Of a DNA stretch of 64,000 nucleotides, positions 49,700-62,846 are shown in pieces. Source of the stretch: Dicyema japonicum (taxonomy: Eukaryota; Animalia; Dicyemida); NCBI GenBank assembly GCA_011109175.1, contig RDEW01000012.1, positions 516,762-580,761 of the forward strand, read 5' to 3'. Numbering within the stretch: the stretch's first letter is position 1; each line of letters begins with the position of its first letter. The position numbers and the translations under genes were made by a program. Under the pieces are notes generated by a model, which saw only the letters and a list, made by a program, of their open reading frames with translations, made no database searches and was not told the DNA's origin.

Positions 49700-52482
49700 A
49701 CTTTCTCTCCAAGATTGTCGGATTTTTGCTCATCGAATTGTATTTCGATATTTTACGTAAGTGACAAATTCAAGGATAGCAGGCAAAACTCAAAATCTCT
49801 TAAAAGGGGAGAAGGCATCGTCGACTGCACATGTCTTCTTGTCGACATATTTAGTGAAATGGCCGATAATTCCGTAATTTGTTGGTTCCATTTCAGGTTG
49901 GTGTTTCTCAAATCAGAAAAATTGAAAATCTCCTACAAATTTTTCTGAAGCTTTTATTCGCCGGAAATACCCGGTTTGCTCCAAAAATGAAAATTTAGAA
50001 TAACAATTTCTGTTCTGAGATTTTTGACAAGACTCTGCCTCCAGAATGAAGTAAACTATGTAACCTGTGGAATCATTAACTTATATGAGGTCACGAATCT
50101 TTTTATTCAAGGAAAACTGTGACAAGTACAATTTCAGAAAAATTTACGAAACCGCTGATGAATCAAATGAGAGTTTATCAGTAATTTTCACTTTAATTTG
50201 AGATTTCATTAATAAAATTGGTCGAAATACTGGTGGACCGACAGGAGGTTCACTCCACTCGAGTGAAGTTGAAGCATCACATAAACTACGGTCTATACGA
50301 ACATACCTTGAATGTGAGTCTGAACCGTAATTTTAGAAACTGAAGAAGACTTTGAATGAAAATATAAAAATATCAGAATTAATCAATAAAAGTGAAAAAT
50401 TCAGAATCGAAAATATCCCAATCGACCGATTACAGAATGAACTCCTAAGCCTCGAGAGGGAGTACTCTAAGGTTTGATTACACCTAATTTAAGTCTTTGT
50501 GTGTCATTGATGAGATTAAAGGCTCCATCAGGCATTACAATTCTGCCAAGATCCATATTTTTCATAACTTTGTAGTTTTTGTAAATTACATAGGCAAAAC
50601 CGAAACTCCCGAAAACGATTGAATTGAGTATCTCAGACTACCAATCTAAGGAATCAAACCAAGACGAGTCACAGAACAAATGTCGGAACATAAATTCAGA
50701 CATTTTAACCACAAATGACGAAATTTCAAATTTTATAGAAGCTCCGCTAACAATGGAACCTTCTACTTCCGTTGTTGAAGGTTCTCTCAATATTGCAAAA
50801 TCTGAAACTATCAAAGAAATCAATACAATCCCAGAAAATTATACTTCTGAAGATATCGACACCACCCTCATAAAATCCAATGCCTCCAAAGAGATCACTT
50901 CCAATGGATTGAATCACACCAACGATACAATTCAAAACATAACCAACAACATACAACAGAATATCAGTGATGTCACGAATGATAAAACATCCCCACAAGA
51001 AGAAAATATAAAAATTAAAGAACAGCTGGTTCTACCAAACCTTAAATTTACCCCTCCCCCACCTCCTTTGTTAGGGAAAACCTTCAAAAGGTGGAAAGCA
51101 ATCACAAAATCCCGACTCCTTTCAAGTCAATGAAATTATTCCATTGGACGTCAATTGGTTCCGGAGAAATCAAAGACAGCATCTTCAACAACTATAATGA
51201 GGATACGCTCTATAAAGTTCAAATTAGATTTTATCTAGAAAATTGATCTAAAGTCGTTCACGGACAGTTTTTACACCCAAGTCAACACCATTGGAAAAGA
51301 ATCAAAGAGAGATTTCAGTGTAAAGAAAATGTCTCTTCTTTCTGCAGACAGACTCCGTAGCATTGGTTTTGTCTGTTAAGCAATTTAAAGCGATCGCCAA
51401 ACGAACTGTAAGCAACCACCTACTCCGAGACCTTGAAGCAATCAACAAATATGATTGGAACTACAGCCGAATTGGTGATCTCGAAGTTCTCAAACAAATC
51501 ATCCGACAGAAGAAGAGGTCATAATATGACCTGATCCCTAGAGAGCTCTTTACAAGGACTATATAGGAAAACCAGTGCTCATAGAGACACTTTCTGATGA
51601 AGACAAGTTTTTCATTCTAGTAATTTTCCATTGGATTACTTAGCTTGTCGAAATTAATGACTTTGAAGCTAAACTGAAGTGTTTGTTCTTTATGGTGTAC
51701 TTTGATGATTCCTACGGCTCTCTACTAAAGGTACCGCAGTAAAGTCATCTCAAGGAAACTGAAACAATGAAGAACGTTCTCGATAGTTTAATCAGGTCTG
51801 AGAAACTCCCGGAAGTTATGAAGGTAGTCTTTGTGCTAAATTAGATAATCCTGGCTTTGGGGAATTTCATGAACTACGGGAAAAAGGAACCAATCTCGGG
51901 ATTCTGTATGAAATGCCTAGAAAAGGTGACACTTCCCCTTAATATCTCTAGATGGTCACGATCAAGTCTCCGGATCAAAAAACAACTTTTTTGGATTATC
52001 TAGTGAAGCTCATCAATGGATCATTCAACCACCTATATGAGTTTTGTGATGAATTTTCTGAGTTATCGAAAATGCTGGCTACTGGCTGTATGCATTTGTT
52101 CTTATTGCAGTGACGGTCGAAAATATTTCTGTTAATTTTCAGGAAATGAAAAGTTTTTATGAAGTTATAAAAAATAAACATATGGGGGACCAATACTCAG
52201 CGAATTTGCACACCTTTGTAGCAGCCAATCAAGACTTGATGTCTTCTTTAGCCGTAAAAGTGGCCGAAGTAAAGGTAGATTGGCTATAATTTTGTAGAAC
52301 TTATCGAACCAAGTAATTATATATTTTGGGGAATCTCCCACGAAAACAAAACTGACTGAGATTTTACAGAGTCTAGATATTTTTATTCAGCAATTTAAAG
52401 TTTTAACTGTAATGATTGTAGCAATCTCAAGTCAGATTTAGAAACGACTCAACCTCAAAAAATAAAGTATTTCATAAATTAA
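49700..52482 (+). CDS. Formin (short FH1 + FH2), multi-exon; both ends uncertain
   Basis: TPPPPPLLG followed by KSMKLFHWTSI..LSDEDKFF..IILALGNFMNYG..GFCMKCLEK|MVTIKSPDQKTTFLDYLV. Confidence 0.8.
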
Positions 52483-52549
52483 ATTAATTATAATAATTCT
52501 GTGATTTTTAAATTAATTTTTTACTAAACTTGCTTTATTGATGATTTAT

Positions 52550-53460
52550 GTATGGACCATAATACCATACTTCTGTATTATGTGGACACCAACTATCAGA
52601 TTTTCATGAGGTTGCGATGATCTTCAAATTTGGAACATAACATGGCGGGGTGAATATACATATTGGCGAGGTCACTATGGTAAGTACATAGAGTTTTACT
52701 ACCGTTTTCCTCCCCATAAAAATGAAAGGCCTGCTACTTCATTAAAAAGGCAAAGCAGGTCTTAGACAAGGATGTCAATCTAAAAAGACGGCTACTCTTT
52801 GTACCCCTAGAACACCTGAGTACTGTGATTGATGAGGTAGTTATCTCAGGTTTTCACCCCGATTGTCGTTAGCAAAAGAAACTTAAAAATGTGGCTCAAA
52901 GTGGAGGCAGATGACAGTTGCAAATATTTCAAGGACTTGAAAGATGAGATATTCATCGTCTCGGGCGGATCAAAGGAAAAACTCTTCTTCCTATGCCATC
53001 TTTGATGATCTCTAAAATATCGGAAAGGCCAGAGTTCATCCTTTGGGAATAACCCACATTGCACTGACCAACGTCTCTTGGTCACATAATGTTGACTGGT
53101 ATTTACGTACAATGTTGTAAAATTAGTCCCCCATGATTGATATAAGTTGTAAATTATGGAATGTCCCCAACATAAACGCTCAGTACCATATTTGAAAGGA
53201 AATCTATATTGGCCCAATCAGGATCCAGTCATAAGCTTTCCCAACGGACTCTATCAAAGACTCTGAAAAGTTATAAACATGTGAATGGCATTTCGAAGTC
53301 TTGTTATACTCCAAAAGACGTGGATCCGTTATGGGGGTAGTAATTAATACATAGATTCATTACGATTCTCTGTCCATCAACTGAAGCACCAGTCGAAATC
53401 ACTTCCCAATCTTAGTTTAATGTTGTAAGATCATTTTCGAGGTCTTCGGACAGCATAGAG
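52550..53460 (-). pseudogene. Possible decayed or multi-exon gene of unknown function
   Basis: 123-aa open segment 52846-53217 plus stop-interrupted frames; not reconstructable by eye. Confidence 0.2.
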
Positions 53461-53501
53461 GTTGTTGTTGGAAGATTAAGTAATTTTATTAAAATAACAA
53501 T

Positions 53502-54209
53502 TTAATCATCACAGAGTAAATAAACCTGACCAGTATATTCCACGTTGTTGTCTGAATATACAAAAAATACTGGGTTTAAGGACTTTGCATGCTCTCGTGA
53601 TGTTATTATATAGTTTCCAACTCCAAATCTTCCAACCATTTTGGGATTGGTCCCCAGGTAATATAAGACTGTCCCCTCGTCAATGTATTCGACCCATCCG
53701 TCCTTTTCGAAGCTAAGGAAGTCAATCTTCCACGAAATTCCCAGGTTCTTTGACTTGACTGTCATCGATTTACAGACAGTCATCTGGTTGACACTCTGGG
53801 AATATTTCATTCCACCAAAAAACGCCACAGGAACTGAAATTTATAAGCTAAATACTCAAAATCGATAAGAAGACCAAAATCATTATTATATTTGCTGAAT
53901 TGCCCCCATTTGGATTATTTGCAGGCACATTGTAACAAGATAATGATGTCGATGCTTCTGATCCACAGACTGAAGTACTGTCCTGTCAATAATGGACTAA
54001 ATTCTACCATGAATGTGTTATATCTGTGTGTCAGTGAGTTATAGGAATTCGAGTTATCTGGACGAATGCCCATTTCTTGTTTATGCTTAAATTGTGTTTA
54101 AATTAGCAGACTCACCGTAATTTGTATACTAGTTTTTATATTTGTATACTTATTTGGCGATTTGGTGGAAAATGGAAATTTACCAAACCAGCTTTGAATA
54201 AAGATTAAA
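53502..54209 (-). CDS. Orphan single-pass membrane protein; 5' end cut by the TIR element
   Basis: Exons join through introns 54086-54115, 53983-54007 and 53834-53855 to give ..NIIMILVFLSILIPVAFFGGMKYS.. plus a C-terminal domain of about 100 aa ending LLCDD*. Confidence 0.65.
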
Positions 54210-56833
54210 TGTCGCGCTCCATGCAGGTTACACCAATTTTAGGCATTACACTTTGACCTTGGATTTTTTTGGATATTGACATCTAAAATCAATTAACCAC
54301 AAGTAATTCACTATTTATTCATAAATCGAATTATCAGTGTTAGAAAAATGCATATTAAAAGTATGATCAGGACTAGCCAAGAGTACAGTGATATTGTTTC
54401 TTCTTTAGCATGTTCGACATTTCGTCCCTAGATGCGACAACTATGTCATCGGCATAGGAATTATTATTCATAGGTACGGGGAATCATCAAAAACAAATTA
54501 AAGAGGATTGGTGATAAAGGAGATCCCTAGGGTACACCATTGGGTAATAATCTCGATCTGGAACTCATGTTTCCGAGGGACACTTTCCCTCGGCGTCCAC
54601 TTAAGAAATTTGCTAACCATAACTTTAGTGGTGCATCAATTTTTGTCAAAAATATTTTTTGTATGAGGATCTTCCTTGGGACAGAGTCGAATGCTTTTTG
54701 AATGTCGATCGTACATATGACCGATTTTTCCTGTTTTGGCTTGTTCTTGTGTCCTTCAGTTATGAACTTCATTAATGTCGTTAGGAAGGAGGTTGTTGAT
54801 AATCCTTCCTTGAAGCCATGTTGGAATGTAGGTTGTGGGAGAGAAGGGCGAATAACTTTTAGGACCAGTTTCTCCAGGATCCTCGACAAAACACATATAA
54901 GGGAAACTGGTCTGTAAGAGCCGGGATCGTTCTTCGGTCTTCCCGGTTTCAATATTGGACGAATTTTTGATAGTTTCCATAAAGTCGGTATGGTATTTAT
55001 GTTTAGCGATGTGTTGTAGATGATTGTCAATGCATTTATTGATGCTGGGTCCAAGTGTTTCAGCAGAATAAGAGGAATTCCGTCTGGGCCACATGAGTTT
55101 GTTTTTTTCTGATTTGATATTGCTTTGGATACATCTTTAGGGAGAAAATAAATCAGCGGGGCAAATTTGGATGGCTTTCTCTTTATTTTCGGTTGTGTGT
55201 TAATTTTTTATAAAGAATGTGACTGATTCGGATACAATGTTTCATAAATTTATTCAGATTGAGCTGGCATTGTTTTTTGTTATCTTCGTATTCTGAGTTT
55301 TTCAGACGCCTCAACATTTTCCACATGTTGGAAATTGAGGTCTGATTATTCATAGCAAAAGAGACTCGCATGAATTTCTTCCTTCGGGTGTTGTTCGTGC
55401 TTATCGTGATAAGAATGTTTAGTGACCTGATTTGATTAATGACCTCTCGTGAACGATGTATCATTCTCTTAAGGTTGTTTTTTCCATAATTATTTTCTTG
55501 TTTTTGAGTCGTATTTCAATTTTTTTTTTATATATGCTTTTCTGATAAAAATTTTTCTCCTGTGAATGATTGTTTTGTTGAAATAGTATACAGCTTTGTC
55601 TATGGAGGAGAAATTTTCAGGTTGGAAATGTTGCAGTTTTGAATCAACGAAATTTGTAAAGCCAGTCCAATTTGCATTTTTGTAATCATAGAAATGAATA
55701 GGCTTCGGTACAAAGCGTGGCTCGCAGTTCAGCTTCATTAACATTGAATGGTGGTCGCTTCGGAGGTCATAACGGACCGTCCAATTAATGATCGGGGAAA
55801 GACGAGGTGAGCAGACGGATAAGTCCGGAGATGTCACCATGTCCTTCGTGTTGTATGGTGTCCTAGTGTTCTTTTTCGGGTTGTTGATGATTATTAAGTT
55901 TTGCATTTATGATAATAGCAGGTTTCCTCTGTTATCAGTGGATTGGTAGCGGAACCAAGAAGGGTGCTTCGCATTAGGTCTCCACATAAAAGCAAGTTCT
56001 CCAGTTTGTCCAAGGTAGATAAGTCAAAGAAGAAATTTTTCTTGCAGGAGCCAGGAGGAGGAACATAAACATTCGCAATTTCAATTTTTCCAATGGAAGT
56101 TATAACAGAGATTCCAATTATCTCCGTGTTCGAGTCTTCCATTAAGCTCTTGTAAAGAGGGTTCTCGAGGTATTTTATTACTTTTCTTACAAGAGTCAGT
56201 AGACCCCCTTCTTGGCCAGATGGGCGGTCGAATCTTACTGTGTTGTATCCGTTAAAGAGAGGAATAGGAATGCTATTTGAAAACTTCGTTTCCTGGAGAA
56301 GGCAGATGTCCACTCTGTTTCTCTCCTAGAATAAGGAAAATTTGGCAATCTTTCCTCTGATCCCGTTTATGTTTAAGCTTTGGATTGTTAACTTCTTTGG
56401 GCCTGGATTTTGTTTCACGTCTCCTGAGGTCAACAGTCTCAATCGATAGAATGTTCCAACAGTGAGAGAATGCCGTCCAGTTGGAAGTCCTCATGTTGGT
56501 AGAGAGCAAATAGTTCTTTTTAGATATAGTTTAGGACTATATCCGACGCCACCAGAAACGGTGAACCACATGACACACGCTAAATAAATAATAATCATGG
56601 GTGGATTAGGGTCAAGATAGGGGTTTTAATGAATAATTTCTATTTTTATAAGTTTACCCAATAATAAATTATAGTTTCATTTTTGAACAATTACTATGTG
56701 GCGTTATATTCCTCAACACTTACTTAAATACGATATTTGAAATTGAGATTTCGATTTTTATGATACGTCACCTGTAAAAATCAACTGTCAAAGTACAACG
56801 TCTAAAATTGGTGTAACCTGCATGGGCGACACA
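54210..56833. mobile_element. Non-autonomous TGT...ACA TIR element with 5-bp TSD, containing an internal LINE segment
   Basis: TGT..CCATGCAGGTTACACCAATTTTAG (54210-54242) and its inverted copy (56802-56833); TTAAA at 54205-54209 and 56834-56838. Confidence 0.85.
54400..56400 (-). mobile_element. LINE (Jockey/I-like) APE + RT segment, truncated at both ends
   Basis: DICLLQETKF..GGLLTLV..LLCGD..SDHH..YKNANW..SCGPDGIP..GSYRPVSL..FQHGF..IDIQKAFDSV..NGVP.GSPLSPILF..YADD, then the homology stops. Confidence 0.92.
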
Positions 56834-56839
56834 TTAAAT

Positions 56840-57960
56840 AATTAATTATTTTAATTATAAAACAAACAAAAAGAGTAGTTAACAACAAATTCCATTTTCA
56901 TTCCGACAAGTTTAAGGACGATCTTCAGACACACCGACATGCAAACGTGACCGCCCAAAAGGCTCTCCATCGTTTTTTTGATCGTTACAGTCTGCATGTA
57001 GGCTCCTACATGGCATTCCAATTTTAAATGACTCAAGTGGTGTTTATAGTATTTTCTCACGACTCCATCCCAAGTAAGGACTACTGGGACCACGTGCACT
57101 TTCGTTTTGTGTATTATCAGCTCACTTGCGAGAAGATCGTACTTGCGGTTTTTCTCAACTTCGACATGTTTCAAAGAATCCTGGGAGGTTATTCCCACTT
57201 CTATTAGCGTTATTATGTTCTTAATTTTGTTATACACGAAAATATCCGGCTTTTTATTCTCTATTCTCGTATAGCTATTGTTGTATCAACGCGAATTTCT
57301 ACAGTTACAACCGTTGTTTGTACTGAATGAGTCTTTTCGATTTCTTTATTCCATACTGCCTGCACAGGTGTAAGTGTATGATGACCTCATTATGACGACG
57401 TAGGTAGTCACTATTGAGCATTCTTCCACACCTTGTCGCCAGATGATCAACTGTTTTTTTTTCGCTGAATTGCAATGACTGCATTTTGCTCCATTTTCCT
57501 CGAAGAAAACATTACGACCCTGGACATAACATAGCATTCCCTTCGTCCTTGGAAAGTTGTCCCGGTAACTAGTTATTGGCTAGACTGTTAATATCAACAA
57601 TTAGATCTTCTGTTGAATTGAGCATCATAGCATGTAAAGGTCTTCTTTTTATCTTTTCTAATAGCTCCATTTGTTGTGCATCCTTCAGCTGTTTTATATT
57701 AAAATCCCTTGTCTCTATGCGATATTTTCCAGTTATAAATCCTACGATTGTGGCCATATGATTTTTCTTTGCATTCAAGAACCGTAGGATTCCTGCTCTC
57801 CTCATGCATTTGCTGGCTTTGTGTTGCAGGTCGTTGTAAAATGTAGTATTCGTTCACTTTATATACAACAAAAGTCAATCCCTTTCCAAGAAAATCTCGC
57901 TGTAAATACAATCTTTCTTTATTTGCTGGTTTGGAAAGTCGGATCCTATTAAACATGGAA
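56840..57960 (-). mobile_element. R4/NeSL-like retrotransposon 3' half (thumb, CCHC, REL)
   Basis: ERLYLQRDFLGKGL..KCSHC..TVDHLATRC..RRHNEV..PDIFVYNK..LIEVGITSQD..EKNRKYD..VPVVLTWDG. Confidence 0.88.
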
Positions 57961-58330
57961 AGTCGAGGAAGAATCCTATTAGTTATAGGCCAAATAAGCC
58001 TTATATGTCTACATCAAAGATTATGGAACGGATTGTATTCAAAAGATTGAATCGGTAATATAGAAGAGAGTAACTTTCTACGACCTTACCAATGGGGTTT
58101 CCGTCCGGGAAGATCGTGCGGAAATTGTATTCACTCACTAAACTACGAAATTACAAATACATTTGAGAAGAAAAGCCAGTTGAGCCTTATTTGCCTTGAC
58201 ATATCAAAGGCGTTCAACAGTGTATGGTACAAAGCCTTATTTTGTCAACTTGTACGATCTAAGATATCTAAACAAATGTTCCTATGGTTGAAGGACTATT
58301 TGACTGGGAGGATATCTCACGTGGTAGTTT
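57960..58330 (+). mobile_element. LINE RT internal fragment
   Basis: ISL..SKIMERIV..MGFRPGRS..CLDISKAFNSVW..WLKDYLTGR. Confidence 0.85.
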
Positions 58331-58542
58331 ATTAAAAACGAAGAGACAGCCACTCAACCTTCCTACCAATTAACCACTGGTTAGGGACACCCAATAATTT
58401 AAAAATATAATTCCTAGATAATTTCCCAGATAAATCCCCACTGATTTTGAAAACAATCTCCGCGCCACAGACTACCCCCGAAAGAGTTAAACACATTGAT
58501 ACAAAAAGAATAAAGTAAGTATATCACAAAATGTTACAAAAT

Positions 58543-59234
58543 CTAATTTAATCTCGAATTCCTCAAGATAGCCCGGAGTCGTCCTTGAAGAATCGAAATG
58601 TCCTCATTTGAGGGAACGACATATCCCCTTCTGGCCCTCTTTATTTTTCCAATATGACGTCTTCTCAGCCCAATCGACGAACGGATAGTTCTCATCATAG
58701 TGGCAATACGGTACTCGTATTCCAACCTATCATTTCTCGACATACTGATTATCTTCTGGTCATAAATCCCCTTCAAATCAGGAACGTAGCGTTTTTGGAC
58801 GACATCTCCCCCATGCATGTGCTCATAGTAGTCCGACAGCATCCCAGTCCATCCACAAGGATACTCTGGGCAGCTAACACATAAGCTGTCCAGCTCCGTC
58901 TTGATTTTCTGGTCAGGCTCGAAGTATCCGATCACTCTGCAGAAAGGACAGCTCAGGCATTGGGAGTTATTAGACATAATCCAGTTATAAATGCAACTTT
59001 TACAGCACACGTGGTTGTTCTGACATTTTACAGGATCGCGGAGAACAAGAAAACTAAATATTAGCATATATGATATGAATTTAGAGTGTTAACAACAGAC
59101 CAACCATATAAAACAGTTGTATCTGTCAAAATTAGAGGGAGATATCGACGGGGTAAAAAAATCCCATTGTAGCCACCCGATAGCACTTCAATGTGTCTCT
59201 GATTCTGATAATTAACGCTTTCTGAAATGTCCAT
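58543..59234 (-). CDS. RING-HC (TRAF-type) zinc finger protein; apparent frameshift in exon 1
   Basis: RYNCFIC|FLVLRDPVKCQNNHVCCKSCI..CPFCR..SLCVSC..CGWTGMLSDYYEH; ATG at 59234 is out of frame across a T7 run. Confidence 0.7.
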
Positions 59235-59499
59235 AAAAGAAGAAACACAAAAATCAATTATTTAAATACTTCAGATTTTAAATTAATTTTATATTAAATA
59301 ATTTGTAATTTTTTTCCATTTTTTTTAAAATTACAAAAATGAATTTTCCTCATTTTTGTAAATTAATAGCAGAAGAAATATCATTAACATCAATTTCAAG
59401 AAAGACACATTTAATATCAGAAGAAACATCTATAACCTCAATTTGAGGAAGGACAGAATTAATAGCAGAATAAGTACCACATTGATTGAAAACGTAGTA

Positions 59500-59555
59500 C
59501 AGTTTTGGGGAAACTTAAATTGGGGGGAAATCCTCGATTATGGGAGATTTAATCA
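59500..59555 (+). mobile_element. Possible pogo-type terminus with GGGGAAA repeats
   Basis: TA|CAGTTTTGGGGAAACTTAAATTGGGGGAAA resembles 37985-38116. Confidence 0.35.
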
Positions 59556-61739
59556 TTTTAATAGAAAGTTTAGAAGAGGTATGAGCAGGAAGTTAAAACA
59601 AAATGAAAAAATTAGAAAATGTAAGGAAATACAGTCAGATTGGCTCGTATTAATAAAGAAATGATGGAAAAGAAGAAAAATAACATTACTGATAGATTAT
59701 GTAATTTGTCTACTTGTATGCAGCATTCAAACATCGACATAATATTCCGAAAATACGACTTCTTTAATACAAAAATGTCATCAAGGGATAAATGTTTCAA
59801 AATCATTTATTGTATAAAAAATTATAAAAATCTTTTAGCTCAAATAGATGAAGCTATAAAGGAATCACAAAATGGCCTGGAAAGAGATAAATAAATCAGA
59901 ATACGGATTTGGAACACAACCTTCAGATTCGATCAACTTACGTTGAGCCAGAAGACCCATTTAAAGTAGATATTTTTACATTAACTATGGAAAAAAGAAC
60001 AAAAAGCATGAAAATGACAGATTTACTTATCAAAATAAAAATCTAATAATAATTATTTTTATTATAAAAGTAATTTTTCACATTTTTATTAGGCTTTTTA
60101 CAAAAATCCTCATTTTTGGAGAAAACCTCAAAATTGAGGAATTTTTTGCCCATTTCGGCGTTGGGCTGTAGAATATTTTGATTGATTATTTGGTCGGTCA
60201 ATTGCCGACTCTTTAAACTGACCATGCAAACCTCAATACTCTCCACAAAAAAACAACGATTAGACATCACAGATTCCTCTCAAAGCCATAAATCCTATTG
60301 TACACTTCTCCCTTCAGTATTATATACGACTCTTCAAATTCACCGTGGCAAACGTCAACCCTATTGCATTGTTTCTAAACCTCGTTTTTGTATCGCCGCT
60401 GTCATTAGTGAATACATGACTACGGACTTAACGTAGCTATAGATAATTTGGCTTTTTATTTTTGTTAAATCTACATGTCCCTCGCACATACTCAAATTGC
60501 TACGTTTGTTATTTATCAAATCAAGTAGTCTGAAACACATTGAAGACATATTTTTCCATAAATCCGGTATTCGTAGTTTAATAACATTCGACGCAAATAT
60601 CTTTAAAATGTTATCGCATATGCCACCAAATGCAACCGATTCAAGTTTTACTGAAAATTTTGTTTTTCTAATAGAAATAAGAATTGGTCGATCTCGTCAA
60701 TTCTTTAGTTTTTAATAATTTGGAAAATTCGTTAGTTTTTAGTTTCACCCGCCTTTATTCTACACAAGGAAGTACAAAATTTTCGTCAATAAGGCATTGG
60801 AAGTAATTTCTGTCCTATATGAGTGAATTATCCTCTTGGGAGAAGAGTTTTGCCTTAGGTTTTTAATTTAATGTCTTTTCCTAGTGAATGAGGATGCTTG
60901 CGTGTTTTATTAAGCGTGATGGAATAATCACTTAGAGAAGAGGAACAGACAAACAAAACAGAAACGTCAATCAAATAGCCACGAAGCACCACATAGCGCC
61001 ATAGCGCCATGCGGCTCATTGAAAACATAAGGATCGATTGGATTTTTGGAATTTAAATAAAACCAAAAAATATCTTTATATTCTCTTACTCTTTTAAATT
61101 TAACTCCAGAACCACAAGAAATAAAAAGAGTTACTCTCTAAATTAAGTGACCCTAGTGTCAATACCAAGCTTCTCTTGTGGTTAGTTAAAGAATCATGGG
61201 TAATTACAAGGTTTCTTATTTATTCATTAACCCCATGCTTACATTATTTGATAAGCTCTGCACAACAGTCACAACTAATTAATCAAAGGAAGCTACCCAA
61301 GAGACAACGTCTGCTTGTCCCGACAAAATCTATTCTCCAATAGTCCATTACAAACTTCCGATTCAGAAGAGAGGTGGAGAAGTAGATCCACCCTCTTTCA
61401 TTTTCATCACATGTCCTACTTAGGCAGAAAAGTTTTTATAATTAATTTCTTACTTCTCTTTCCTCTCCCACCTCTCTGTCTTTCATTGCATCGTAATTAT
61501 AATGCTTTGGTTCTTATCGCCATTTTCCGATTTCTTTGAATTCAACTATTCTGTGTTTATGACACTTTCCGGAAAAAGGACTGCCAGAACTTCAAATATA
61601 GAATCTTTGGGTATTTGAATAGTATCAGTAGCTCGGGGTACTGGATAATGGTAAGAGGACATGAACTAGTACTAAAAAAGCCAATGAGGTTACATTGAGA
61701 CCCAGATCGGATGATAGGAGTGACTTTTAATATTTGAAA

Positions 61740-62516
61740 AAATATTTATAGCATTACTTCATTCGGAGACTTAATTATCTTACCTCAATTGGATCCCAAA
61801 AATATTTTTCACACCTCAATAAATTTTCGACTTCTCTAACTCAAGGACCGATCTTTCATTTTATACAGCTTGGTATCCTTCGGAGCAACTGAAAAGAGGG
61901 GATGTGTAACTGAAAAGAGAAAAAAAACTCTTCAATTGGATTAAGTTGAGCTCAAATAGAGAAATTTTTCTCTCTTATGTTTCTAATACATTTTTTTGGA
62001 GTGACTCCTTGTATAGATCTTCCAAATTTGGATCTCATCGAACAATTGACTCCCATTTCGTCTATAAAAATAATCCGTTGATTATCAATTTCAATTATTT
62101 TTCTGGCATATCTATATTCCACATCTATTGTAGAATTTCTCGCCATAGGTACAAATTGAATCTTTATAAAACTATATCCAAATGTCTCCAGCGTCCTATT
62201 TATTGTCGATATTTTTGCTTTGCACATCAAATAAAGAATTTTGTAATTTCTTCAGCGTAAATGAAGCATCTTCTTTAATTCTTCTAGTCAAAAATAAGAT
62301 GTCCGATGAATTAAGTTTTTTTCATCCACAATTATTTCTTGTTGAAGCAAAACTTCCTGTATTTTTGTATTTTTTGACGATAGAAACAACTGTCTGGTAG
62401 TTAATACAGATGTCTTCGCTTATTTTTGAATAAGCCAACACTGCTTCATATTTATTTATAATAAGTTTTCGGTTATCCTCGGATACATTAGTATTTTTGT
62501 TTTTGTAACTATTCAT
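61740..62516 (-). mobile_element. IS630/Tc1-like transposase remnant
   Basis: HTH (EDNRKLII..INYQTVVSIVKKYKNTG), STINRTL..GYSF.K, IIFIDEMGVN..RSKFGRS..G; frameshifted. Confidence 0.8.
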
Positions 62517-62846
62517 TTAATTCATTTTTTGCTAAAATTTGTTTTCATAGGGACTTAATAATCCAATAAATATAAATAATGATTCAATAAATATTTGACA
62601 AAATTATTAAATTTTATGACAAAGTTATTTTTTTGAAATCAATTAGGTGATCTTGACAATCCTGAAGAGCTTTCTCAACTTCTCCCGATACTAGACTTTC
62701 AAATTATTTGCCAGTTTTTTATTTTTATGACAAAGTTATTAAATAAATAGGAAAACTCTGTAAATAAAGAATATAGTTTTTATATAAACAATTTTAATTA
62801 TAAAATTAATAATAATAATTTTAAAAATTAAAAAATTTGAACTTTG

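Noticed and set aside
59600-60720. Short ORFs that might be transposase or Helitron remnants
   Set aside because: No recognisable catalytic motif, so left unannotated
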